Below the pieces are notes generated by a model. It saw only the letters and a list, made by a program, of their open reading frames with translations. It was not told where the DNA came from and searched no databases. Positions 17,916-25,088 of a stretch of 44,962 nucleotides of DNA are shown piece after piece. Both the position numbers and the translations under genes were made by a program. Location: NCBI GenBank assembly GCA_016932115.1, contig JAFGDM010000061.1:1-44962 (forward strand), read 5' to 3'. Positions within the stretch are counted from its first letter, which is position 1. Every line of letters begins with the position of its first letter. The DNA is from Deltaproteobacteria bacterium. GTDB lineage: Bacteria > Desulfobacterota > DSM-4660 > Desulfatiglandales > HGW-15.

Positions 17916-18015
17916 TTTCCTGATACGGGAGATAGAAGGGGATCGTTTGAAATCCGAATATCGAAATTTTAGAGTAATCAGCTCTGCGGGAAGATTCTCA
18001 CGAAGTACGGAGTAG

Positions 18016-18810
18016 ATGATGAAACAGGAAGAGGGCAAACACAAGTACGGCATGGTTATTGATCTGGATAAATGCATAGGGTGCGGGACCTGTATGGTAG
18101 CCTGCGCCTCGGAAAATAATGTGAGTGTCAGAACGGATGAATCGGACAAGGAGCGCAGCATCGCCTGGATGCAGCTTTTCAAAATCACTAACGGGAAGCC
18201 CTTTCCTCAAACCGAGGTGAGCTATTTTCCAAGACCGTGCATGCACTGTCACAACAACACCCCTTGTGTTTCCGTTTGTCCGGCCTCTGCAACGCATATG
18301 GACTATCACACGGGCATTGTGAGCCAGATCTACACCCGGTGCATCGGGTGCCGGTATTGCCAGGCCGCTTGCCCTTATCATGCCCGGTATTTCAACTGGT
18401 ATGATGGATATGCCTTCATACAGCCGTTTCCTAAGGGCTTGGAACGGCAACTTTCGCCGGAGATTTCCGTGCGCATGAGAGGCGTCGTGGAGAAGTGCTC
18501 TTTCTGCCACCATCGCTTGATGCGGGCCAGAACGCGTGCCTATGCCGAAGGGAGAAGGGAACTGGAAGAACATGAGTATATCACGGCTTGCGCCGAGGCT
18601 TGCCCCACCCAGGCAATTACTTTCGGAGATCTCAACAACCCGAAACACAAAGTGGCCCGGCTCTCCAAAAGCGTCTATGCTTTCCGGCTTCTGGAAAAGC
18701 TGGGCACGGAACCGAAGGTGTATTATCTTTCTACCCGGAATTGGGTAAGAAGGATGGCAGACAACTATCGGCCGGACCAACTCGAGCCGGTAGGCGCTGT
18801 AAAAACGTAA
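18016..18810 (+). CDS. qrcC: Menaquinone reductase Fe-S subunit QrcC
   Basis: DmsB/NrfC-type Cys motifs (CIGCGTCMVAC, CMHC...CVSVCP, CIGCRYCQAACP, CSFC...CAEACP) and GIVSQIYTRC. Confidence 0.92.
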   Translation: MMKQEEGKHKYGMVIDLDKCIGCGTCMVACASENNVSVRTDESDKERSIAWMQLFKITNGKPFPQTEVSYFPRPCMHCHNNTPCVSVCPASATHMDYHTGIVSQIYTRCIGCRYCQAACPYHARYFNWYDGYAFIQPFPKGLERQLSPEISVRMRGVVEKCSFCHHRLMRARTRAYAEGRRELEEHEYITACAEACPTQAITFGDLNNPKHKVARLSKSVYAFRLLEKLGTEPKVYYLSTRNWVRRMADNYRPDQLEPVGAVKT

Positions 18811-18883
18811 TGTTATATGCCATCGTATAAATTTGGTTCTTAGGGGCAGAGATCTTAAGACACGCTGTTAGGAGGGAGAATTC

Positions 18884-20125
18884 ATGGATGCCGCATTGAT
18901 TCCGGACGGATTAAAAAGAACTTCTCCAGGGAAATTTTTCTTGTGGACTTTACCCTGGCTGGGGCTTCTCGCCTGGGGCGGCATAAGCGCCGTGCTCTGT
19001 CTCTTGCTCGGTTTGAACCAGACGAATATGAGCAACATTTTTGCGTTCGCCCTCTGGATCGTTTTTGACCTGGTCGTTATCGCTCTTGGGGCGGGTGCTT
19101 TTTTCACAGGGTTCCTCACGTACATCATAGGAAAAAAGGAACTTAAAGACATCATCAACGCCACGGTCGTCATCGGCTTCATCTGTTATTCGGGAGCCGT
19201 AGCCATGCTTGGTATTGATATCGGTCAGCCTGTCCGCGGATGGTTCATCTTCTGGCATGCCAATGTGCATTCCATGCTCACTGAAGTGTCCTTTTGCATC
19301 ACCGCATACCTGGCCGTTCTTGGTATCGAATATCTTCCTATTCTCCTTGAAAACAGAAAACTTCGGGAAGTCCGGGAGTTCCGCATCTTCGGACACAACC
19401 TGCATCATATCATGGCCGTCTTTGCCGCTACCGGCGTTTTTCTTTCTTTCTTCCACCAGGGATCTCTAGGCGGTATGTTCGGGGTTATGTATGCCAGGCC
19501 TTTTGCGGCCAGGTGGGATTTCTACATCTGGCCTACCACCTTCTTCCTCTTTGTTTTTTCCGCCATTGCAGCAGGTCCCTGCTTCACCATTCTTTGCACC
19601 AAGCTGACGGAAGCAATCAGCCGGAAGAAACTTGTTCCCGACGGGACGATCCAGTTGCTCGCAAAAATCTCAGGATGGCTCTTGGCAGGGTACCTGGTTT
19701 TAAAAATAATCGACACCCTCGGGTGGGTTCACGGCGTCGTTCCCGGCGCAGGGCTCACTTTTATGGATTTCTTTCGGGAAGGCCCTTACGGAGCTTGGCT
19801 GTTGGGATTGGAAATCATTATATGCGGGATCATACCCGTTATCATCCTGATTACGCCACAGGCACGGCAAAACCATGGGCTCCTCATCCTGGCCTGTTTA
19901 CTTAATTGCACGGGAATCGTTCTGAACCGGTTCAATTTCATCGTAGTTAACCTGGCTATCCCGGTCATGCCCTTTGCCAGGTTCTGGAGTTACCTGCCTA
20001 CGTGGCAGGAATGGGGCATCGCTTTGGCCGTTGTCGGTTACGGAATGCTGCTCTTCTCCGCCTCACACCGCTATCTTCCTCTGTTTCCCAGGGAAAAGGA
20101 ATTGAATGCTGCGGTGAGCCGATAA
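18884..20125 (+). CDS. qrcD: Menaquinone reductase NrfD/PsrC-family membrane subunit QrcD
   Basis: About 10 hydrophobic helices, DLVVIALGAGAFFTG, DIGQPVRGWF, SFFHQGSLGG and YLPTWQEW. Confidence 0.92.
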   Translation: MDAALIPDGLKRTSPGKFFLWTLPWLGLLAWGGISAVLCLLLGLNQTNMSNIFAFALWIVFDLVVIALGAGAFFTGFLTYIIGKKELKDIINATVVIGFICYSGAVAMLGIDIGQPVRGWFIFWHANVHSMLTEVSFCITAYLAVLGIEYLPILLENRKLREVREFRIFGHNLHHIMAVFAATGVFLSFFHQGSLGGMFGVMYARPFAARWDFYIWPTTFFLFVFSAIAAGPCFTILCTKLTEAISRKKLVPDGTIQLLAKISGWLLAGYLVLKIIDTLGWVHGVVPGAGLTFMDFFREGPYGAWLLGLEIIICGIIPVIILITPQARQNHGLLILACLLNCTGIVLNRFNFIVVNLAIPVMPFARFWSYLPTWQEWGIALAVVGYGMLLFSASHRYLPLFPREKELNAAVSR

Positions 20126-20185
20126 GATGTTACGAAATTCAGAGTTTTTTGAAGGTTCTGGTGTGAATTATTCCGGAGGTGATGC

Positions 20186-20383
20186 ATGACCCCTCTTTCT
20201 TTTGAATGGCAATGGAACATTGATTACGGAATTTTTATGGGCTTTCTCTACCTGGCCCTCGGTGTGGTTGCATGCGGGCTCCTCGTTGCCCTAGTCAAGA
20301 CATTAATGCATATGCACGGGGAGGATAAGGGCGAAGCCGAGCCGGCACCGATACCTTCTCGATCAAAATATTCCGAATATTAG
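20186..20383 (+). CDS. Small single-pass membrane protein downstream of qrcD
   Basis: Strong SD GGAGGTGAT; one TM helix GIFMGFLYLALGVVACGLLVALV. Confidence 0.7.
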   Translation: MTPLSFEWQWNIDYGIFMGFLYLALGVVACGLLVALVKTLMHMHGEDKGEAEPAPIPSRSKYSEY

Positions 20384-20386
20384 CCA

Positions 20387-21016
20387 TTGAAAACCATTGC
20401 AACCGTAATCTTTGATTGTGACGGCGTTATGTTCGACTCAAGGCAGGCGAACATTCACTTTTATAATCATCTCCTTTCCCGCTTCGGGCTTCCTCCCATG
20501 ACAGAGGACAAGATCGACTATGTGCATATGAGCACGGCGGATGAGTCGGTCCGGCATATCTTTAAGGGAACCCCTTACATCGAAGAAGCCGAGGCATACA
20601 GGTGGGAGCTTGACTACACGCCCTTTATCGGCGACATGATCTTGGAGCCCGATCTGGAAGAAGTGCTGCAAATCTTGAAGCCGGAGTTCGGTCTTGCGGT
20701 GGCGACAAACAGAAGCAACACAATCAAGAAGGTTCTCGCGTCATACGGTCTAGACAAATATTTTGACATTGTGATTTCCTCTCTGGACGTGAAAAACCCC
20801 AAACCTCACCCCGAGTCTTTGTTGAAGATCCTTGAATTCTTCTCCATAGGCCCTGAGCAAGCTCTGTACATCGGCGACTCCCCGGTGGACAGGGAAACCG
20901 CCAGTGCAGCCTCCGTCCCGTTCGCTGCCTACAAAAACAAAAGCTTGGAGGCTGATTTTCACGCCGATAGCATGGCGGATGTCCTAGAAATCGTTCGCTT
21001 TTTTTCTTGCCAATAA
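20387..21016 (+). CDS. HAD-superfamily hydrolase (phosphoglycolate phosphatase-like)
   Basis: Motif I FDCDGVM, VATN, KPHPE and YIGDSPVD; TTG start 3 nt after the upstream stop. Confidence 0.9.
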   Translation: MKTIATVIFDCDGVMFDSRQANIHFYNHLLSRFGLPPMTEDKIDYVHMSTADESVRHIFKGTPYIEEAEAYRWELDYTPFIGDMILEPDLEEVLQILKPEFGLAVATNRSNTIKKVLASYGLDKYFDIVISSLDVKNPKPHPESLLKILEFFSIGPEQALYIGDSPVDRETASAASVPFAAYKNKSLEADFHADSMADVLEIVRFFSCQ

Positions 21017-21130
21017 CCATAATCATTTGGTAATATTTATGCTTTAGGAAGGACCGTAATCCTTCAAGACGCCATTGAAGCGCTTGTCGCAAGGGTCGGC
21101 TTCAAAACCCATCGGGGAGTCAAGCGGCTG

Positions 21131-22654
21131 ATGATAAAGGTTTTCATTGCGAAGGGACCGGAGCAAGGCCGTTCATTTATCCTGAGAGACGACACCGTTC
21201 ATATTGGAAGAGGTGTGGAAAATGAGATTCGAGTGGACGAAAACTCGGTGTCGCGAAAACACGCAAAAATCCACTGGGAAAACGACCGATACTATATCGA
21301 AGATCTTCAGAGCAGAAACGGGACTTGGATTAGAGGATCTCTGATTGAGAGCGGTAGGAAGGTTCAGGTGGAAGTCGGGGTTCCTATTGCCATCGGCAAT
21401 GTGTTGGTGACCCTTGGGCAGAAATGCTCTCAAAAACAACTGCGTTATCTTTATTCCATTAAGATCCGGCCGCAGGGAGAAGCCGATGGGAAAAGGGTCT
21501 CAATCGCTGACAGGAGAGCAAAACAGAAAAAAGAGCTTTCACTGATCTATGACATCTGTATCGGCCTGCTGGGGTCCCTGGAGTTAAAGGAGATTTGCGA
21601 AAAGGTTCTTGAGGCAATTTTCAGTTATTTGAAAAGAATCGACAGCGGGTATGTTTTTCTCCTTGATCCTGAAGGTGAAAAGCTGAAGAAGATTGCGTCC
21701 CGTATTCGAGGATGCCGTGTAACTAAGGCGCCCGCCTACAGTAGAAGCCTGGTCAAGAGCGTGGTGAAAGAAGGCAAAGCCGTCATGATGCCGAATACGG
21801 AAATGGAAAACAAAGCGGATCTTTCCGACAGCATGGAAAAAATCGGGGTCAAGTCGGTGATCTGCTTGCCCCTGGTGAGCAAAATGGGAACCAGGGGGGC
21901 ACTCTATCTCCAATCCTTGAAAATGGTTAATGGGTTCCGAAAAGACGATCTCTTTTTTTTAACCGCTTTAAGCAGCCCTATGGCTCTTGCCATTGAAAAC
22001 GTCCTTCTTTACAGCAGAAGCAAAGAAGCGGAGGAGAAATTGCTAAAAGCCCGTGACGGACTTGAAGTTGAGGTCCTAAACCGCACTGCTGAATTGGTCA
22101 AGGCGAAACATAAATTGGAGAAATTGTCCGTTACGGATGGGCTAACCAGCTTATTCAATTACCGCTACCTGATTCAATCAATCGAATCGGAACTAATGCG
22201 ATCAATCCGCTACAGCAGAAGCCTCACGCTCCTATTGATAGACATTGATTATTTTAAGAATCTAAATGACACTTACGGCCATCTATGCGGGGACTATGTG
22301 ATCAAGACGGTCGCCCAACTTCTCAGACGTAATGTGCGAGGTACGGATATCGTAGCGCGCTATGGAGGCGACGAGTTGGCCGTTCTGCTTATTGAGACCG
22401 ATACGAAGAGCGCTCTTGAGGTTGCTGAGAAGCTTAAAGAGGAAATCGGCAGCCATACTTTTCAGTATCAAATGCAGCGACTGACTGTGAATGTCAGCAT
22501 CGGCTTGGCCACAGCACCAGAAAGGGATATGCAAACCGCATCCGAGCTGGTTGATGCGGCAGACCGGGCCTTGTACCGGGCAAAGAATACAGGAAGGAAC
22601 GCTGTAGTTGTTTTCAGCCCGGAAAAAGGAGAGGGTGACCAGGCAGCAACATGA
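21131..22654 (+). CDS. Diguanylate cyclase with FHA and GAF domains
   Basis: FHA (IGRG...SRKHA...DLQSRNGTW), GAF (SVICLPL...GALYL), coiled coil, TDGLT, DIDYFK, RxxD I-site RGTD and RYGGDEL. Confidence 0.9.
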   Translation: MIKVFIAKGPEQGRSFILRDDTVHIGRGVENEIRVDENSVSRKHAKIHWENDRYYIEDLQSRNGTWIRGSLIESGRKVQVEVGVPIAIGNVLVTLGQKCSQKQLRYLYSIKIRPQGEADGKRVSIADRRAKQKKELSLIYDICIGLLGSLELKEICEKVLEAIFSYLKRIDSGYVFLLDPEGEKLKKIASRIRGCRVTKAPAYSRSLVKSVVKEGKAVMMPNTEMENKADLSDSMEKIGVKSVICLPLVSKMGTRGALYLQSLKMVNGFRKDDLFFLTALSSPMALAIENVLLYSRSKEAEEKLLKARDGLEVEVLNRTAELVKAKHKLEKLSVTDGLTSLFNYRYLIQSIESELMRSIRYSRSLTLLLIDIDYFKNLNDTYGHLCGDYVIKTVAQLLRRNVRGTDIVARYGGDELAVLLIETDTKSALEVAEKLKEEIGSHTFQYQMQRLTVNVSIGLATAPERDMQTASELVDAADRALYRAKNTGRNAVVVFSPEKGEGDQAAT

Positions 22655-22670
22655 AGTCATCCTGAGGAGC

Positions 22671-22790
22671 TCACATTAGGTCCCTGCTAAAAGTGAACAA
22701 GGGAAAAGCCGCATTGCGGGGGTTCTGCTTTGGGCAACGGATGAGGCGGACGTGACTGCGCCCTCCCCTTTTGCCACAAAGTATTTTCAT
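22671..22790 (-). CDS. Possible 39 aa small ORF (MKILCGKRGGRSHVRLIRCPKQNPRNAAFPLFTFSRDLM)
   Basis: Minus-strand GGAGAGGAAC-ATG, directly downstream of repeat copy 2 on that strand; no homology recognised. Confidence 0.25.
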   Translation of the reverse strand: MKILCGKRGGRSHVRLIRCPKQNPRNAAFPLFTFSRDLM

Positions 22791-22806
22791 GTTCCTCTCC
22801 GGATTC

Positions 22807-22881
22807 TCTTCGTTTTTCAGTTTTAAAAAGGATCCCCGTGCTTGATGCTTCTTAAATCTTCATCACGCTGAAATGTTACAA
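22807..22881. repeat. Dispersed intergenic repeat, copy 2 (copy 1 at 20-99)
   Basis: TCTTCGTTTTTCAGTTTTAAAAAGGATCCCCGTGCT ... GCTGAAATGTTACAA, same orientation as copy 1. Confidence 0.75.
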
Positions 22882-22913
22882 TTGATCAGGTTTTAAATCA
22901 AAAAAAAGCATTT

Positions 22914-23732
22914 ATGCTCAAAAATGATAAAATTTATCAAAGCTATCACCTGGTCCACTATGAAGATGGTGCTATGAACAGGTATAAGCAGGATTTTGTG
23001 CGCGAGGAACCTCTGCTGATACACGTGGAAGATAGCCCCTATTTTGTTGTTATGCGGACTCCGGGCGATGAGATTGCGCACGCGGCGGGTTTCTGCCTTT
23101 CGGAGGGATTGGTTGAATGCCCTGAGGATATCGCCTCGATCGGTTTATGCGGCGATTTTGATGAAAACAGCGTAATGGTTAAATTAAATGACGAGAGAAA
23201 AAAGCTGGTCTCCGAAAAGCTTGAGAGAAAGGGTTTTTTCAGCCAGATAGGTTGTGGAATATGCGGAAGGGAGATAATAGAAGATGTAACCCAAAATCTA
23301 AGGGTTTTTACCGAAGAATCCGAGATAAGTTACAGCCAGGTGCTCGAGTGTGTGAAAAAATTTTTCCTGCACCAGGAATACTACGTTAGAACACGGGGAA
23401 CGCATGCTGTCATGCTTTTTGACTCGAGACTGCAAATAATTGTAAAATCGGAGGATGTGGGACGCCACAATGCAATGGACAAGTCGATCGGAGCTCTATT
23501 CCTGGCGAATAGGATGTCCGATATCTATTTGGCAGTACTTTCTTCCAGGATCAGTTTCGAGATGATCCAGAAGGCGGCACGTGCGGGAATTCCTATCTTG
23601 ATAAGCCTATCGAACCCCACTTCAATGGCTGTGGAAATGGGATTGAAACTCAACATGACACTGGTTTGTTTGGACAAGAAATCAGGGTTTATCGTACCAT
23701 GCGGAGAAAAGCGGGTCAGAGCGAAAACATGA
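22914..23732 (+). CDS. fdhD: Formate dehydrogenase accessory sulfurtransferase FdhD
   Basis: EEPLLI, MRTPG, GFCLSEG, CGICG, EDVGRHNAMDK and SSRISFEMIQKA. Confidence 0.92.
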   Translation: MLKNDKIYQSYHLVHYEDGAMNRYKQDFVREEPLLIHVEDSPYFVVMRTPGDEIAHAAGFCLSEGLVECPEDIASIGLCGDFDENSVMVKLNDERKKLVSEKLERKGFFSQIGCGICGREIIEDVTQNLRVFTEESEISYSQVLECVKKFFLHQEYYVRTRGTHAVMLFDSRLQIIVKSEDVGRHNAMDKSIGALFLANRMSDIYLAVLSSRISFEMIQKAARAGIPILISLSNPTSMAVEMGLKLNMTLVCLDKKSGFIVPCGEKRVRAKT

Positions 23733-23894
23733 CGCACTGCCTGCGGCCGATATCGCCATCCGGTCTTTCGTTGTTCCAAAATGATAAACTTCCCAAAAAT
23801 TCCTGCAACCGCTCTTCCCGAGCTTCCTGTGAATCCGGGACGCGCCTTCCTTAATACTTCTTGGTCTTTTTAAATCGTTATTTCAGTTTTTTTC

Positions 23895-23948
23895 TTGACA
23901 TTTACAAGCGCTGTTTGATATTAGAAACACACGTTCTTTATATAGAAC
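23895..23948 (+). promoter_or_regulatory. sigma70 promoter and palindromic operator upstream of the IclR gene
   Basis: TTGACA (23895-23900), TGATATTAG region, palindrome GTTCT-TTATAT-AGAAC (23933-23948). Confidence 0.55.
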
Positions 23949-23963
23949 AATTTTTGGTTTGTT

Positions 23964-24722
23964 ATGCGCCCCTCATTCAAAAGAGTGCCAGCCATAGAAA
24001 AGTGTTTTGCCGTGCTGGATTTGCTTGCCAAATCGAAAGAACCTGTGGGTATCAGTGACATATCCGGAAAGCTGGATTTGAACAAGAGCACGGTGTTCCG
24101 AATCGTGCATACGCTCATGGACCTCAATATCCTTGAAAATCAACGTGACGGCAAATTTGTCTTCGGCACACACTTTTATATCCTTGGAAACATGGCGGGA
24201 AAGCGCTCAAAACTCATACAAACAGTGCATCCTTATTTGGAGAGGATCAACGAAAAAACCAAGCTTTCCGCCTTCTTAGGGTTGCGTTCAGACCGGCAGG
24301 CCATTCTTATCGATAAAGTGGATTCGGCCTACGGCATTAAATTGTCTTCTGAAATCGGCATCCGGATGCCCGCTTTGGCCGGTGCGGGGATCAAAGCGAT
24401 GCTTTCACAGCTCTCGGATGAAGAAATCGATGAAATCCTCGCTCGAACCGAGCTCAAGAGATACACGCCGCAATCCATTGTTGACAAAGCGGCCTACAAA
24501 GAGGAAATCCTTGAGGTTCGCAGACAAGGCGTTGCCTTTGACAGAGAAGAGTACATAGAGGGGATGGTCGCTTATGCAGCACCCATTAATGCAACCGGAA
24601 AAGACCTTCAGGCCGCCATATGGGCTGTCGGCCTGACGCGCCAGGTGCCCAGGGCTTCCATCCCGGAGTTGACACAGTTACTGAAAGGGATCTCCAAAGA
24701 GATTAATTATCGTTTAGTGTAA
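23964..24722 (+). CDS. IclR-family transcriptional regulator
   Basis: VPAIEKCFAVLDLL, HTH ISGKLDLNKSTVFRIVHTL, effector domain with GVAFDREEYIEGMVAYAAPI. Confidence 0.93.
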   Translation: MRPSFKRVPAIEKCFAVLDLLAKSKEPVGISDISGKLDLNKSTVFRIVHTLMDLNILENQRDGKFVFGTHFYILGNMAGKRSKLIQTVHPYLERINEKTKLSAFLGLRSDRQAILIDKVDSAYGIKLSSEIGIRMPALAGAGIKAMLSQLSDEEIDEILARTELKRYTPQSIVDKAAYKEEILEVRRQGVAFDREEYIEGMVAYAAPINATGKDLQAAIWAVGLTRQVPRASIPELTQLLKGISKEINYRLV

Positions 24723-24798
24723 AATGCAAGAAGTGCGGACGACCTGCAACGAACAATAGTTGTGGTTCGGGTGGTAAGTGATTAGAGGAGGGTCAGGC

Positions 24799-25005
24799 AT
24801 GTATTTCAGGGTTTACTGTAATGTAAAGGAGATCGAAGCCCCGGATATGGAGACTGCCGAGCAGATTGTTAAGGATTCGTTGAGAGAGATTATTTGGTTG
24901 CTTCCAGTAACAGAGACGCCTGTAGCGCCTCCAGCGAGAGAACCTAAGAAAGTTGAAGTAAAGGAAAAGAAAGGCGGACATGGTTCCATGACCATGCGCC
25001 ATTAA
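24799..25005 (+). CDS. Small hypothetical protein ahead of bamB-1
   Basis: SD GAGGAGG before ATG 24799; 68 aa MYFRVYCNVKEIEAPDMETAEQIVKD...GGHGSMTMRH. Confidence 0.6.
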   Translation: MYFRVYCNVKEIEAPDMETAEQIVKDSLREIIWLLPVTETPVAPPAREPKKVEVKEKKGGHGSMTMRH

Positions 25006-25042
25006 AAAGTGACGTGGAAGCACTTGAATTATAAACAACCGG

Positions 25043-25064
25043 CGCAGCCTGACATCAGGCTGCG
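25043..25064. other. Perfect inverted repeat upstream of bamB-1
   Basis: CGCAGCCTGA-CA-TCAGGCTGCG, no U-tract. Confidence 0.6.
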
Positions 25065-25088
25065 AAGAGACCTAAAAGGGGTAAAAAC

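Noticed and set aside
17998-18780. 260 aa minus-strand ORF
   Set aside because: Antisense shadow of qrcC
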